From NCBI GenBank assembly GCA_040220235.1, contig JAVJTO010000006.1: a DNA stretch of 64,000 nucleotides, one strand, 5' to 3'. The notes under the pieces are model-generated. The model did no database searches and was not told where the DNA came from. It worked only from the letters and a program-made list of their open reading frames with translations. Of this stretch, positions 21,101-32,483 are shown piece after piece. The translations under genes were made by a program, and so were the position numbers. The DNA is from Coleofasciculus sp. B1-GNL1-01 (GTDB lineage: Bacteria; Cyanobacteriota; Cyanobacteriia; Cyanobacteriales; Coleofasciculaceae). Each line of letters starts with the position of its first letter. Position 1 is the first letter of the stretch.

Positions 21101-22837
21101 GAGTTGTGCATCTGCCCATTTGTAGTGAGTAATATCCCGGAGTGTGCCAGAGGTTCCGGTGATGGTATTATCGGGGGCAAAGGTTAATTGGGCATGAACT
21201 TCAATCCAGCGATATCCGCCATCTTTGGTCAGATATCTAACTTCATGCTGACAATAGTCTTTTTTTCGTTCCAGTAAGGGTTGAAATAACTCTACGTTAT
21301 GTTGGCGATCATCGGGATGAATATACTCTAAGAAATTTGTGCCAATGCTTTCCCCTAAGGTAAAGCCAGTAATCTCTGTCCAAGCCGGATTCAGAAATGT
21401 CCATACCCCAGTTGCATCGGTTTGGAAAATGACTTCTTTAACGCTTTCAATCACTGAACGATAATTCTCTTCACTCTCCCGCAGTCGTTCTTCCACCTGC
21501 TTGCGGTCAGTAATATCAATACAGGAACCCGTATAGCCAGCAAAATGACCATTGGATGTAAACCGAGGCACTCCTGTATCTAAAATCCAGCGATAGTTGC
21601 CATCATGTCGGCGTAAACGGTATTCCATGCGAAACCGTTTTTGGGCTTTAAAGGCGTTGGAATAGGTTTCTATACAATAGTGATAATCATCAGGATGAAT
21701 TCCTTCTGTCCAGGCATTACCTATTTCTTGATCTAAGGTGCGTCCGGTAAATTCTAACCAGGTTTTATTGAAAAAGTAACAGCGACTATCGGTTCCGGCT
21801 AACCAGATTAAGACGGGGGCGGTGTCGGCTAGCAGGCGAAAGCGTTCTTCACTTTCTCGCAGGCGTTCTTCGGCGAGTTTACTTTCGGTAATGTCTTCAA
21901 TTGACCCTTCATAATACAGAATAGTTCCAGAGTTGTCGCTAACCACACGGGCATTTTTACGAATCCATATTTTTCGTCCATCTTTGCGATAAACCTGGAT
22001 TTCAAATTTAGATACGGCTTTTTTTTGTTGAATTAATTTCGTTAAACGTCGATGGTCATCCGGATTAACATAAAATTGTTGTTCAATATTTTTTATAGAG
22101 TTTAAAAAATGGCTGGGTGAAGCATAGCCGAGTATCTGGGCAAAGGCTGGGTTAACACTGATATAGATACCATCAGGGGTACGTTGAAATATGCCCTCAA
22201 CGGCATTTTCAAAGATACTACGATAATTAGCTTGACTCAGGCTTAATTGTTCATTAGCTGTCTGGAGTGCAGCGGTTCGTTCTTCAACCAGTTCTTCTAA
22301 ATGGTTACGATAGTCGGCTAATTCTTCTTCGGTGCGTTGGCGTTCTTTAATTTCCGCGATCGCCCGATCTCTCATGGTGCGATAGTTATGAACTTGTTGG
22401 GTGAGTTCGGTAACATCTTGAATCGATAATAAAGCATAATACTCGCCATTGTTTTCACTAGGAACGGCGGTAACGGTGGTATGTTGAATCCGTAATGATC
22501 CGTCGGCTAAAGGTGCAGGAATCAGGTGGATGTGAAGTTGGGAGGAAAAGACGGTGGGTGGTCCTCCAGTAAAAATTTGTTGCAGACGGGTGGTATATTT
22601 GGGATGATTCAGGTGGGGAAAATGATCGGTAATTTTTTCACCGAGGATTTGCTGTTTGGAGAGATGCGTCCAGTTTTCTAAGCAACGATTCCAATATAAA
22701 ACCACTAAATCCGATCGCAGAACACAGTTGCCTATAGGGACTTGATCCAGGACATGAAATTGATGCGCCGCTGTTTGGATTTCAGTCGCGATCGCGGTTT
22801 TATTTCCAGGGTGATTTACGTGAGATGATAACACCAT
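18122..22837 (-). CDS. Hybrid sensor kinase: multi-PAS-GAF-HisKA-HATPase-REC-REC-Hpt
   Basis: H-box [34 protein letters not shown], two receiver domains (LDMQMP, MDVQMP) and Hpt AHTLKSSS. Confidence 0.95.
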   Translation of the reverse strand: MVLSSHVNHPGNKTAIATEIQTAAHQFHVLDQVPIGNCVLRSDLVVLYWNRCLENWTHLSKQQILGEKITDHFPHLNHPKYTTRLQQIFTGGPPTVFSSQLHIHLIPAPLADGSLRIQHTTVTAVPSENNGEYYALLSIQDVTELTQQVHNYRTMRDRAIAEIKERQRTEEELADYRNHLEELVEERTAALQTANEQLSLSQANYRSIFENAVEGIFQRTPDGIYISVNPAFAQILGYASPSHFLNSIKNIEQQFYVNPDDHRRLTKLIQQKKAVSKFEIQVYRKDGRKIWIRKNARVVSDNSGTILYYEGSIEDITESKLAEERLRESEERFRLLADTAPVLIWLAGTDSRCYFFNKTWLEFTGRTLDQEIGNAWTEGIHPDDYHYCIETYSNAFKAQKRFRMEYRLRRHDGNYRWILDTGVPRFTSNGHFAGYTGSCIDITDRKQVEERLRESEENYRSVIESVKEVIFQTDATGVWTFLNPAWTEITGFTLGESIGTNFLEYIHPDDRQHNVELFQPLLERKKDYCQHEVRYLTKDGGYRWIEVHAQLTFAPDNTITGTSGTLRDITHYKWADAQLKASEQKLRQVIDLVPHLIFAKNKDGQFILVNQAVADTYGTTVEALLDRAETEVAPSVDDAHQYRKADLHVINSGETLYIPEETITNAQGETRILQTTKIPFCVADSDVPAVLGVSIDISDRKQAEIALQQQLMRTVLLKQITQEIRRSLNTKEIFQTTATQIGRAFGVNRCVIHTYLTEPTPAIPFVAEYLETGYESILQLEVPIRGNYHVQQLLKQDKAISSPDVYADPLLLCCTQICCQIGLKSMLAIRTSYQGEPNGIIGLHQCDSYRHWSSHEIELLEAVADQVGIAIAQAHLWEQETRQRQQLTEQNVALEKARQTAEAATQAKSEFLATMSHEIRTPMNAVIGMTGLLLDTDLTSDQRYFAETIRNSGDALLTIINDILDFSKIESGKMELEEQPFELRTCIEEALDLLTTKAAEKNLELAYLIDSQTPNWIAGDVTRLRQILVNLISNAVKFTPTGEVLVSVTAQILADERDEEDRGDRYQLQFAVKDTGIGIPPDRIYRLFKSFSQVDSSTSRQYGGTGLGLAICKRLCEMMGGQMWVESGGSVAGNPPAGWIATDSGEESSGGSTFYFTILSEFIPDSAVVEQPICDTHLAGKRLLIVDDNTTNCQILIRQAQSWGMQSQATESGQEALAWLSQGEQYDIAILDMQMPGMDGITLGEQIRHQFKDKEFPLLILSSMGKPEIASGVVEANFAAFLSKPIKQSQLYNVLTQILSGQPTKIKRSPVGSPSLDPTLAQRIPLRILVAEDNKVNQQLALQLLQRMGYRADVAGNGLEVIEALRRQPYDVVFMDVQMPEMDGLDATRHICQQGLLTNRPRIIAMTANAMQGDREKCLEVGMDDYISKPIRVNELVRVLSQSQPTEEPPEPAPQTESALDPQVLQTFHDMMGESATEMLRQLIDIYLEDTPVMLETLQIALQENNLPTLQHTAHTLKSSSAALGAIKFSQLCQDLENLSKSQVTTGLCELVAQIESEYQRVKQEAINYKL

Positions 22838-22877
22838 GTTTATTAACAAATGCAATAGAGTAGGTAATCAATCAATT

Positions 22878-23036
22878 GTAGGGGCGGGTTTAGGGACTAA
22901 ATTAACCTATTCACCGATAACTGAACAGCAAAACCCGCCCTTCCCCACCGATAACTCTGTAGGGGCGGGTTTAGGGACTCAATTCGGCTATTTACCGATA
23001 ACTGAACAGCAAAACCCGCCCTTCCCCACCGACAAC
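22878..23036. repeat. Two tandem 81-bp copies of the GTAGGGGCGGGTTT element
   Basis: Units start at 22878 and 22959 and are nearly identical. Confidence 0.9.
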
Positions 23037-23068
23037 TAATTCATTATTTTATAGATAAATTATTCAAT

Positions 23069-24607
23069 CTATACCGATAAAGGCAATGTAACCGTAAACA
23101 TGGTTCCTTCTCCCACTTGACTATTTACCATAATCTCACCCCCTTGTAAATCAACCGCCCGTTTAACAATCGCCAACCCCAATCCCGTTCCCGAAATATT
23201 CCCCACATTTTGCGCCCGATGAAACGCCTCAAAGAGTTTTTCTTGATCAGCGAAGGGAATTCCAATCCCTTGGTCTTTAATTTGGAAAATAGCGGATGAA
23301 TCCTGACAGACGAGGTTCAAGGTAACGATTCCAGAATCGGGAGAATACTTAATCGCATTTGAGATTAAATTCGTCAGAATATGCCGCAACAGCTTCTCAT
23401 CCATGCAGACGTTCAGGTTAGAACATTGATGCGTAAAGACCAGAGAATGGTGCTGTCCTAAACTCAACTGTAACTCCTCAATCAAGCCGTGGCAAAATTC
23501 AACTAAATCCAGAGGGACTGGATGCAACTGAAGTTTTCCGGCTTCGGCTTTGCCAATCAGAGTCACATCTTCTAAAACTTGGACTAAATGTTTAACCGTT
23601 CCTTGAATACGATGGATATGAGTAAGTTTTTTATCCGGTGTCCACTTATGACCATAATGTTCCAGTAATTCCGCCGAACTTAAAATAGTAGTTAGGGGGG
23701 TGCGAAACTCATGGGAAGTCATAGTAACAAAACGAGATTTTAGTTCACTGAGTTCTTTTTCTTTAGCTAAAGCTTTGCGAATCTCCTCTTCCGCTTGTTT
23801 GCGATCGGTAATATCAATTCCCACCGAAACCGCTGCATGTCCTTGTTGGTATTTTTGGGCAACAATTAAGTAACTCCGGGTGGTATCCTTGACGTAAGCT
23901 TCAATCACTTGGCTAGCGGCTGGTTCGGGACTAGCAATAAATTGACGCATAAAGTCAGCAAAGCCGGGACTCGCTTTCATAAAGCCGACATCTTGACCAA
24001 TAAAATGATCGACAGTCAAGTTAAAGGTATCAGCTAGATGACGATTAACCCCCAGATATCGCAAATCCGAATTTACCCAGGAGACGAAACCAGGAACCGC
24101 ATCAAAAACCGCTTGTAACTGTTCTTCTTGAGACCGTAAAGCGGCTTCAGCGCGTTGTCGTTCTTGGACTTCTGCTAAAGCGCGATCGCGCATTTTTCGA
24201 TAGTCTTGAACTTGTTGACTAAGTTCAGTAACATCTTGAATGGATAAAATGGCGTAATAGTCTCCCTCAGTTAAGCCGGGTATAGCGGTGACAGTGGTTC
24301 GCTGAATTCGCCGTTGTCCATTGGGTAAATGGGCGGGAATAAAATGAGGATGGAGTTGGGCGGAAAAAATGGTTGGGGGTCCCCCGGAAAAGATGGACTT
24401 TAGCCGCTTTTCATAGCGGGGATGGTTTAAATCAGCGAAATAGTCACTGATTTTTTGACCTAAGAGTTGATCTTTGGATAGGTGTGTCCAATCTTCCAAA
24501 CAGCGATTCCAGAATAAGACCACGAAATCGGATCGGAGAATACAGACACCCAAAGGCATTTGGTCAAGAACACCAAATTTTTCAGCGGCAATTTCTATCT
24601 CATGCAT
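23069..24607 (-). CDS. PAS-PAS sensor histidine kinase
   Basis: Motifs SHEFRTPL, NLISNAIKYS and GTGLGL. Confidence 0.95.
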   Translation of the reverse strand: MHEIEIAAEKFGVLDQMPLGVCILRSDFVVLFWNRCLEDWTHLSKDQLLGQKISDYFADLNHPRYEKRLKSIFSGGPPTIFSAQLHPHFIPAHLPNGQRRIQRTTVTAIPGLTEGDYYAILSIQDVTELSQQVQDYRKMRDRALAEVQERQRAEAALRSQEEQLQAVFDAVPGFVSWVNSDLRYLGVNRHLADTFNLTVDHFIGQDVGFMKASPGFADFMRQFIASPEPAASQVIEAYVKDTTRSYLIVAQKYQQGHAAVSVGIDITDRKQAEEEIRKALAKEKELSELKSRFVTMTSHEFRTPLTTILSSAELLEHYGHKWTPDKKLTHIHRIQGTVKHLVQVLEDVTLIGKAEAGKLQLHPVPLDLVEFCHGLIEELQLSLGQHHSLVFTHQCSNLNVCMDEKLLRHILTNLISNAIKYSPDSGIVTLNLVCQDSSAIFQIKDQGIGIPFADQEKLFEAFHRAQNVGNISGTGLGLAIVKRAVDLQGGEIMVNSQVGEGTMFTVTLPLSV

Positions 24608-24752
24608 GGACGGATTAAGGGGTCATTGGTCAAAACACTGATTTCACAGATTTATTGTCCAGATGCGGGTAGAGGATAAAAGCTTAGTTACACTGATTAC
24701 ACAGAAAGCCTCGTTCTCTATCATTGGTCATTGCTCAAAAAAATGAATCAGA

Positions 24753-25358
24753 TTACACAGTGGTTAGCATGGCGATCGCGTCCAGTAATACGTCGAAGGA
24801 ACCGACTTCAAAGACGAGGATAATATCGCCGCGAATCTGAAGTTGTTCGATAAAAAATTGGGTTTGGGCTAACAGGATAGTATTATCCTGCTGATTGTCG
24901 CCGACGTTGATTAAGTTTTCGACAGTATCCTCGATGTAGCTGGGAATGGCATAGTCAAGGCGTTGATTGAGGACGTTACTAATTGACCCAATCACGCTGT
25001 TGATTAAGATATTGCCAATCTCACTTAACGTACCAATGCGAACGGCGTCTAAATCCGGTGTTCCTAATTCTTCACCCGTGAGAACAGCGGCGAGAATCGA
25101 AGCACTATCGGTGGGAAAAACTAACTCCGCTAAACCCGAAAAAGATCCAGAGAAGTCTTGGCGAACTGCTGCAACTTGTTCCCCACCGAGGCGAGTTTCC
25201 ATTTCAGATTGAAAATCCAGAGGCGACCCAATTTTAATATAGGGAACTTGGAGGCGAATCGGGGCTTCCAGCATTTCATTCAGGACGCTAGCCGCCCGAC
25301 CGACACCAATATTAACGATTTCTTGGATCGCATCAATTTGATCGGGAGTTAAGTTCAT
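24753..25358 (-). CDS. cheC: CheC-like phosphatase
   Basis: Two ExxN motifs (EIVN, EIGN). Start MNLTPDQ overlaps the cheY stop (ATGA). Confidence 0.88.
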   Translation of the reverse strand: MNLTPDQIDAIQEIVNIGVGRAASVLNEMLEAPIRLQVPYIKIGSPLDFQSEMETRLGGEQVAAVRQDFSGSFSGLAELVFPTDSASILAAVLTGEELGTPDLDAVRIGTLSEIGNILINSVIGSISNVLNQRLDYAIPSYIEDTVENLINVGDNQQDNTILLAQTQFFIEQLQIRGDIILVFEVGSFDVLLDAIAMLTTV

Positions 25359-25729
25359 ACAGTCTCCTGAGGACAAGCTAAGATTTCACCCATAACGCGA
25401 CGTAATTCGGCTTCTTTGGGGGGTTTATTAATAAAGCCTGATCCACCTAACTCGCGACAACGCTGGCGCACATTTTCTTGAATATCGGCTGTGATCACAA
25501 TGACGGGGGTATTAATTTGGCGATCGCGCAAGGCGGTAAGGAGTTGAAAGCCATCCATAACGGGCATGAGCATATCGGTTAAGATACAGTCGGGTTGATG
25601 TGCGATCGCCATATCCAGTCCTTCTTGTCCGTTGGTGGCTTCTAAGGTTCCATGTCCGTCAGCAACAAGAGTTTTTCTGATCATCCGTCGGGTAAAGGCG
25701 GCGTCATCAACGATTAGAATTAGTGCCAT
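25355..25729 (-). CDS. Single-domain response regulator (CheY-like)
   Basis: Motifs VDD, TDMLMP, ITAD and KP. Confidence 0.93.
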   Translation of the reverse strand: MALILIVDDAAFTRRMIRKTLVADGHGTLEATNGQEGLDMAIAHQPDCILTDMLMPVMDGFQLLTALRDRQINTPVIVITADIQENVRQRCRELGGSGFINKPPKEAELRRVMGEILACPQETV

Positions 25730-26174
25730 GAGTTTCCTCTATTTGGGTTACAGTTCTTTCAAGTCAAACAGTTGATTGAATGAAGTTAGCAAGTAGGTTG
25801 GGTTGAGGTACGAAACCCAACTCTCAACGAATCTGTACAGTTTATCAGGGCGGGTTTAGTAACATAAGGATGAAAAAACACGATAATAGTGAAACTCGCC
25901 CCTACTCATCAAAACCGTTTCATCCTTGTCTTTTATTGTCTAGGGAATGTCCGAGAATGTCATTCGGTGAAATCACGGATCTTTCTCATCCAGCCTTCTC
26001 AAGTTGGGTGGGATCACCGATAGCAGCGTTCCCTGCGCCAAGATAGACTCGGTTTAGTGGCGAAACTCAGTGAAATTGAATCCCAATGACTTCCGCCGTA
26101 TTTTTCTTGAAATAATTCCTGTCAGCTTTAACCATTAACGTCCCAGACTACATGTAAGCCATTACTTAACTATC

Positions 26175-28370
26175 ATGGATGAAGATATCAAAGCCTTTTT
26201 GGTAGAAAGCTACGAGAATATTAGCCAGATTGAGACGGATCTAGTCACGTTAGAGAAAAATCCAACTAATCAAGATTTACTCGAAGGAATTTATCGTTCC
26301 TTACATACAATTAAAGGAAACTGCGGCTTCATGGCGTTTCCCACTCTAGAAGCCCTTACCCACAGTGGTGAAAACTTACTCAGTTGTCTGCGAGATGGAC
26401 AATTGCAGCTAAATGCAGAGATTACCAGCAGCTTGCTACAACTCTTAGACGCCATGCAGCAAATCTGCGCCCAGATAGACGCGATCGGACAAGAAGGCGA
26501 TGTTGACTATTCTGGCTTAATTCAGACTTTAAATCAACTGCAATCTAGAGATACGGGAGATGAGGGCGGGTTTTGTACAAACGTTACCATTAATAGCCAA
26601 AAGGAAATCCCTAAACCCGCCCCGACAAATCCTGAAGGGTCAAAACTTCCCTGCGATCGCGAGGAGTTGATGTCGGCGTTGACAACCCCAAATACCGTTA
26701 AGTCAATCCGAGTCGATATTAATCTTTTGGATAAGTTGATGAATTTGGTGGGAGAATTGGTGTTAGTTCGCAATCAGATTCAACAATTCTCCACGCTGCA
26801 AGATGAAACCGCCTTTGTTACCACCTCCCAGCAATTAAACCGACTGACAACAGAGTTGCAAGAAGGGGTCATGAAAACCCGAATGCAGCCGATTAGTACA
26901 ATTACGCGCAAGTTTCCCAGGGTAGTTCGGGATGTGGCGATCGCGACAGAAAAACAAGTGCAATTGGAGATAGAGGGAGAAGAGACGGAACTAGATAAAA
27001 CGATTATTGAAGCGATTAAAGATCCCTTAACGCATCTACTCCGTAATTGTGTGGATCATGGGATTGAATCCCCAGAGGTACGTCAAACTCAGGGGAAACC
27101 CGCCACAGGGCGATTACGTCTGCAAGCCTTCCATGAAAGTGGGTATGTAACCATTGAAATTTCCGATGATGGGGCGGGAATTGATTCAGAACGCTTGAAA
27201 CAAAAAGCGTTAAGTTTAGGCTTAATTACGCCGAATCAAGCCAATCGCTTAAGTGATACCGACGCCCTCAATTTAATCTTTCTTCCTGGCTTTTCCACCG
27301 CTAATCGCGTGACGCGCTTATCGGGGCGGGGAGTGGGAATGGATGTAGTCAAAACCGATGTAGAAAAAGTTGGCGGTACAGTAGACGTTCACACTCAACT
27401 TGGGTTAGGAACGACATTTAAACTAAAAATTCCCTTAACCTTGGCAATTATTCCCGCCTTAATTGTCACCAGTGGCGGCGATCGTTATGCGATTCCTCAA
27501 ACCAGTCTTTTAGAATTAGTCCGTTTGCAGGGAGAACAAGCGGATCACGGGATCGAATATGTCCACAAAGCCCCTGTATATCGGTTGCGGGGTAAATTAT
27601 TACCCCTGGTGTATTTAAATCGAGAACTTGAACTCACAGAATGGAACCCGGAAACAGTCAACCCTCAAGCCGAAACCATGCTGAATATCGTGGTTCTGCA
27701 AGTCGATAATTTCACGTTTGGCTTAGTGGTTGATGCGATTAATGACACTCAAGAAATTGTCGTCAAACCCTTAGGAAAACTGCTCAAAGAAACCCCTTGT
27801 TTTGCCGGAGCCACAATTTTAGGGGATGGAAAAGTGGCATTAATTTTAGATGTATTTAGTTTAGCATCACGGGCTGGAGTGCTTTCAGACGAACAAACAA
27901 ACGCCTTAATTCAACAGGAAATGTCCTCTCAATCCAATATCGAAACCGTACAAATGTTACTGTTATTTGAAGCCTTAGATAACAGCCGCATGGCGATTCC
28001 CTTGTCGCGGGTAGTGCGCTTAGAAGAATTTCCCAAAACCGCGATCGAACAAGTGGGCGATCGCCAGGTGATTCAGTATCGCGACCAAATTCTATACCTG
28101 GTTAATTTTGCCAATGTCTTTGACTCTTTTGTTAGTAGTCAGCGCTTTAGCGCTGCTAACTTCAAAACAGCCGTATTAGACGCTGATCCGCTGCAAGTTG
28201 TCGTCGTTGCTTGTCAAAGTGGACGCCAAATTGGATTAGTGGTGCAACGCATGGTGGATATCGTCATGGAAGACCTTTGTATCACGGGTGAATCCACTCG
28301 TCCAGGGGTGCAGGCGATCGCGGTTATTCAGGGTCAAGTTACCGAAATTTTGGACATTGAAGCGATTTAA
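26175..28370 (+). CDS. cheA: Chemotaxis kinase CheA (Hpt-dimerisation-HATPase-CheW-CheW; no receiver)
   Basis: Motifs HTIKG, LMNLVGELV, HLLRNCVDHGIE, SGRGVGMDVV and PLTLAI. Confidence 0.96.
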   Translation: MDEDIKAFLVESYENISQIETDLVTLEKNPTNQDLLEGIYRSLHTIKGNCGFMAFPTLEALTHSGENLLSCLRDGQLQLNAEITSSLLQLLDAMQQICAQIDAIGQEGDVDYSGLIQTLNQLQSRDTGDEGGFCTNVTINSQKEIPKPAPTNPEGSKLPCDREELMSALTTPNTVKSIRVDINLLDKLMNLVGELVLVRNQIQQFSTLQDETAFVTTSQQLNRLTTELQEGVMKTRMQPISTITRKFPRVVRDVAIATEKQVQLEIEGEETELDKTIIEAIKDPLTHLLRNCVDHGIESPEVRQTQGKPATGRLRLQAFHESGYVTIEISDDGAGIDSERLKQKALSLGLITPNQANRLSDTDALNLIFLPGFSTANRVTRLSGRGVGMDVVKTDVEKVGGTVDVHTQLGLGTTFKLKIPLTLAIIPALIVTSGGDRYAIPQTSLLELVRLQGEQADHGIEYVHKAPVYRLRGKLLPLVYLNRELELTEWNPETVNPQAETMLNIVVLQVDNFTFGLVVDAINDTQEIVVKPLGKLLKETPCFAGATILGDGKVALILDVFSLASRAGVLSDEQTNALIQQEMSSQSNIETVQMLLLFEALDNSRMAIPLSRVVRLEEFPKTAIEQVGDRQVIQYRDQILYLVNFANVFDSFVSSQRFSAANFKTAVLDADPLQVVVVACQSGRQIGLVVQRMVDIVMEDLCITGESTRPGVQAIAVIQGQVTEILDIEAI

Positions 28371-28440
28371 TGTCATTTGTCATTTGTCATTCGTCATTTG
28401 TCATTGGTCATTCGTCATTCGTCATTTGTCATTCGTCATA
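28371..28440. repeat. STRR heptamer (TGTCATT/CGTCATT)n
   Basis: About 10 units starting immediately after the cheA stop. Confidence 0.9.
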
Positions 28441-28496
28441 CTCGCTCCCTTGAGAAGCAAGCTACGTCTTATGTCATTATAAACACTTCCCTAATC

Positions 28497-28985
28497 ATGG
28501 CTAAATCTCATCAATTTTGTACCTTTTTTCTCGACCATTTCTTCTTAGGGCTAGAAGTGGAAAACGTGCAAGAAGTTATTCGCTATCAGTCGATTACCCG
28601 CGTTCCCTTAGCACCGCCAGCCGTGCGGGGATTAATTAACCTACGGAGTCAAATTGTTCCGGCTGTAGATTTACGTCAGTTTCTGGAGTTAGATCAAGAT
28701 GTCCCTAATATACCCGTTGAAACCCAAGTGGATGAAGATAGCGAACATCTCCCTCTTAATGTTGTTGTGCGAACGGCTGATGAGGTAATTAGTTTGCTAG
28801 TCGATGATGTGGGAGAAGTGTTAGAAATTTCCGATAATTGCTTTGAAAAATCCCCAGAAACCTTACGAGGAAACGCACAGCAATTAATTCGTGGTGCGTA
28901 TAAGCTTGCCAATCAGCTTCTGCTAATTCTCGATACAGAAAAAGTGGTTGAACTTACCATTTTAAAGCCGACTTTACGGAATTAA
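28497..28985 (+). CDS. cheW: CheW coupling protein
   Basis: VQEVIR, TRVPLAP, GLINLR and LLVDDV. The track's upstream extension is translated STRR. Confidence 0.93.
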   Translation: MAKSHQFCTFFLDHFFLGLEVENVQEVIRYQSITRVPLAPPAVRGLINLRSQIVPAVDLRQFLELDQDVPNIPVETQVDEDSEHLPLNVVVRTADEVISLLVDDVGEVLEISDNCFEKSPETLRGNAQQLIRGAYKLANQLLLILDTEKVVELTILKPTLRN

Positions 28986-29135
28986 TGTGTATGTCAGCCA
29001 GCAAAGGGCTAAAGAATACAGAAAGGTCAAACTCATTCCTTAACGAATGACTAATGACGAGTGACTAATGACCAATAAGGACAAAAAATAATGAACCTCG
29101 ACCATCTCAAAGGAATTCACAAATTAGGAGAAGCC

Positions 29136-30884
29136 ATGAACCTCGATAAACTCAGCAAACCCGGACGCTTAGTCTTTTTCCAAAATCAAGAGACCAATGG
29201 AAGCAATGAACATCATCATAGTGAAACCATGGTATCTGAACCTAAACACACGCCGACAGCTTCGCAGCCAAGCCATGAAATTGAGGGAATTCTCTTATCC
29301 CCAGAAAACTTTAATGAACTCCTCCAAGCCCTAAAAAGTGCCAGAGATGGTAACTTTAATGCCCGACTCACTGAGGAAAACGGCTGGGGCGAAATTGCTC
29401 AAGTGTTTAATGAATGGATGGGTGTTAACCAAACCGTTATCCATGAAATTGTCCGAGTTAGTAAACAGGTTGCTCAAGAAGGGAAACTCACAGAACGACT
29501 GGGACGCCAACAGCAAACAACTGTATTAAAGGATTGGGAAAGCCATGCGGGACGCTGGTTATATGGGGCTGAACCTGTATCTCCACCCCCCTATTTAAAA
29601 GGAGGATGGGCAACAACAACCACCGCGATTAATACCATCATCCACAACCTCGCCCAACCCACCCTCGCCGCCCAGGATGTACTGAAGGCGATCGCGGCGG
29701 GTGATTTATCCTGTAAAATGCCTCTAGAGATTGACAATCAGCCGTTAAAGGGTGATCTCTTAAGCCTGAGTACCACGATTAATACTCTACGGGATAATAT
29801 CGAGGCATATACCAATGAGAAAAACCGCGTCGCCCGTTTAATTAGCGTCGAAGGACACTTGAGTAGTCGCGCTGTTGTGGAAACGGCTACCGGAATCTGG
29901 AAAGACTTAACTGAAAACATTAACCAGATGGCGGCGAATCTCAAGGAAGAAGTCGAAAATATCACCCAATTAACCTCAGCCATTGCTCAAGGTGATCTCT
30001 CCCAAAAGGTTACCGCCAAAACCACAGGTGACTTCAAACAACTGACCGATAATGTCAATCGCATGGCAAGCAATTTAACCGTATCAGTCGGTAAAATTGC
30101 CTCCGTTGCTACGGCTGTTGCTCAAGCGTCAGAAGACATGAATCTGGTGAGTCAACAACTCAATGAAAACGCCGTACACACCTCTGGACAAGCTCAAACG
30201 GCTTCAGCTTATGCCGAAGAAGTCAACCGTAATGCTCAAGTGGTAGCGACTGGGGTAGAAGAAATGAGCGCCAGTATTAAAGAAATTGCCAAAAGTGCAG
30301 CGGATGCAGCGCGAGTCGCGACAACGGCAGTTAATATGACCGAAAGCACTAACCAAACGATTAGCAAATTGGGTCAAAGTAGTGCAGAAATTGGTAATGT
30401 GATTAAGGTAATTACCTCCATTGCTCAACAAACCAATCTGCTTGCGCTTAATGCGACAATTGAAGCCGCCCGCGCCGGGGAAGCGGGGAAAGGATTTGCC
30501 GTTGTTGCCAATGAAGTGAAGGAACTGGCGAAACAAACGGCTAAAGCGACGGAAGACATTAGTCAAAAAATCGAAGCGATTCAAGGCGACACCAAAAGTT
30601 CCGTTGAAGCGATTAGTCAAATTACCACAATTATTAATCAAATCAACGACTTCCAAAACACAATCGCCAGTGCGGTAGAAGAACAAACCGCGACGACGAA
30701 TGAAATGGCACGCAACGTCGCCGAAGCCGCCCAAAGTACCTCACAAATTCCCCAAAATATAAATAGTGTTGCGGACGCGGCTCAAAAAACTACCGCCCTC
30801 GCCAGCAACACGTTGAAATCTGCGGCGGAACTTGCCGAACTCGCGTCGGAATTAGAAGCCTTGGTGAATCAGTTCAAGTATTAA
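29136..30884 (+). CDS. Soluble methyl-accepting chemotaxis protein with poly-HAMP N-terminus
   Basis: Hairpin tip [37 protein letters not shown]; no TM segment; AGGAG before ATG 29136 (alternative start 29091). Confidence 0.92.
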   Translation: MNLDKLSKPGRLVFFQNQETNGSNEHHHSETMVSEPKHTPTASQPSHEIEGILLSPENFNELLQALKSARDGNFNARLTEENGWGEIAQVFNEWMGVNQTVIHEIVRVSKQVAQEGKLTERLGRQQQTTVLKDWESHAGRWLYGAEPVSPPPYLKGGWATTTTAINTIIHNLAQPTLAAQDVLKAIAAGDLSCKMPLEIDNQPLKGDLLSLSTTINTLRDNIEAYTNEKNRVARLISVEGHLSSRAVVETATGIWKDLTENINQMAANLKEEVENITQLTSAIAQGDLSQKVTAKTTGDFKQLTDNVNRMASNLTVSVGKIASVATAVAQASEDMNLVSQQLNENAVHTSGQAQTASAYAEEVNRNAQVVATGVEEMSASIKEIAKSAADAARVATTAVNMTESTNQTISKLGQSSAEIGNVIKVITSIAQQTNLLALNATIEAARAGEAGKGFAVVANEVKELAKQTAKATEDISQKIEAIQGDTKSSVEAISQITTIINQINDFQNTIASAVEEQTATTNEMARNVAEAAQSTSQIPQNINSVADAAQKTTALASNTLKSAAELAELASELEALVNQFKY

Positions 30885-31190
30885 TTAAGTTCGTAGGGGC
30901 GGGTTTTACAACTATCGTTTCTTACCTCACCTAAATGTGACTAAACCCGCCCCGCACCTCTTTTAGCCCATTTCTTCTTGTCACAGATAGGGTCAAAGAT
31001 AGGAGTTTGTCTCTGGGGGACCAGCCCCCCAGACCCCCCGATGGGGGACGAGCGCCTCCCCCATACCCCCTGCGCAACGCTTCGCTAATCCCATATCTCA
31101 TCAGGTGCTCTTCATCTGTCAATAAGGATTCATCTACTGCTTCCCCTGCTCCCCCAGCTCCCTCTGCTCCCCCAGCTCCCCTACCCTACA

Positions 31191-32243
31191 ATGCGTAAAA
31201 TTCGCCTGCTAATCGTTGACGACTCAGTAATTGTCCGTCAAAAACTTAGTGAAATCCTCTCTCAAGACCCTTTTTTAGATGTAATTGGAATTGCTGCCAA
31301 TGGTCAAATCGCCCTCTCCAAAATTCCCCACCTGCAACCCGACTTAATCATCCTAGATTTAGAGATGCCAGAACTGGATGGCTTGCAAACATTAACGGCT
31401 ATTCGCCAAACTTATCCGAATTTACCCGTGATTATGTTTAGTGCTTTCACCGAACGCGGCGCATCAGCCACGTTAGAAGCCCTTTCTCTCGGCGCTCAGG
31501 ATTATGTTACTAAACCAACAAAATTGGGAACAGGTGAGGCAGTTTCTGAGTATTTAAAACGCGAATTAATTCCTAAAATTAAAGTCTTTTGTGCCAATAT
31601 CTTAGGCGTATCTGACAATACACCGATCGCGCGATCGCGCCTCCCCAGCCAAACCCCTACCCTCAAACTCGCCAAAGCCCAAGTTGTGGCGATCGGTGTC
31701 TCTACGGGGGGACCGAACGCCTTAGCCACGCTTTTATCCCGATTTCCAGCCGATTTCCCCCTACCCATTGTCATCGTGCAACATATCCCTCCCCTATTTA
31801 GTAAACGTTTAGCCGAACGCTTAACCCATCAATGTCACATCTCTGTCGCCGAGGGCTATGAGGGCGCTGAACTGCGTCCAGGTCATGCTTGGATTACGCC
31901 GGGAGATTTCCATGGAATTGTTGTGCGTCGGGGAAAAACGGTACACCTGAGTTTACACCAAGCCCCGCCCGAACATTCCTGTCGTCCGGCGGTGGATGTG
32001 TTATTTCGATCCGTTGCTAAGACATTTCCAGGGAGTGCGATCGCGGTGGTGTTGACGGGTATGGGACACGATGGTTTGCAAGGCTGTCACCATATCCGCG
32101 ACGCCGGGGGACATATTCTGGTGCAGGATCAAGCCAGTAGTGTGGTGTGGGGAATGCCTAAATCTGTCGCCCAAGCGGGTTTAGCTAATAATATTTTACC
32201 TCTAGACCAAATCGCCGATGAAATCATCCAACTGGTTTGTTGA
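31191..32243 (+). CDS. cheB: Chemotaxis methylesterase CheB (REC + esterase)
   Basis: Motifs GVSTGG, VQH, RPAVDVLF and LTGMGHDG. Confidence 0.96.
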   Translation: MRKIRLLIVDDSVIVRQKLSEILSQDPFLDVIGIAANGQIALSKIPHLQPDLIILDLEMPELDGLQTLTAIRQTYPNLPVIMFSAFTERGASATLEALSLGAQDYVTKPTKLGTGEAVSEYLKRELIPKIKVFCANILGVSDNTPIARSRLPSQTPTLKLAKAQVVAIGVSTGGPNALATLLSRFPADFPLPIVIVQHIPPLFSKRLAERLTHQCHISVAEGYEGAELRPGHAWITPGDFHGIVVRRGKTVHLSLHQAPPEHSCRPAVDVLFRSVAKTFPGSAIAVVLTGMGHDGLQGCHHIRDAGGHILVQDQASSVVWGMPKSVAQAGLANNILPLDQIADEIIQLVC

Positions 32244-32249
32244 AGATTC

Positions 32250-32456
32250 TCGCCCTGAACTAAAGATTAGCCCTGAACTAAAGTACTCGAAGAGAAGCCG
32301 CTCCGCGTCTACGGGCTAAAAGCTTAAACCCGTTAAAACTGGTTCAAAGATCTACTCAGTACAATCTATTGTTAACTGATTAGTTATTTCTGCTGCGCTG
32401 CATTTAGTAAGCTTCAGCTTACTTAAGCTTTAAGCCGGAAATTTATTTCCTGGCTT
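32250..32456. repeat. Composite MITE-like intergenic element
   Basis: Direct repeat GCCCTGAACTAAAG x2, AACCCGTTAAAACTGGTT hairpin, and GCCGGAAATTTATTTCCTGGC palindrome. Confidence 0.5.
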
Positions 32457-32483
32457 CCTACCTAACAAGTAAACCTTAAAACA

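Noticed and set aside
22878..23036. Repeat-spacer-like pattern
   Set aside because: It is a tandem duplication of one 81-bp palindromic element and the 'spacers' are nearly identical.
25930..26170. Possible riboswitch or ncRNA between cheY and cheA
   Set aside because: No recognisable consensus by eye; would need a covariance-model (Rfam/Infernal) search.
28377..28496. N-terminal extension of CheW
   Set aside because: Translated STRR heptamers; the CheW domain starts at ATG 28497.
30204..30734. 176-aa antisense ORF, and similar ones at 47252-47881 and 6061-6414
   Set aside because: Shadow ORFs opposite well-supported genes.
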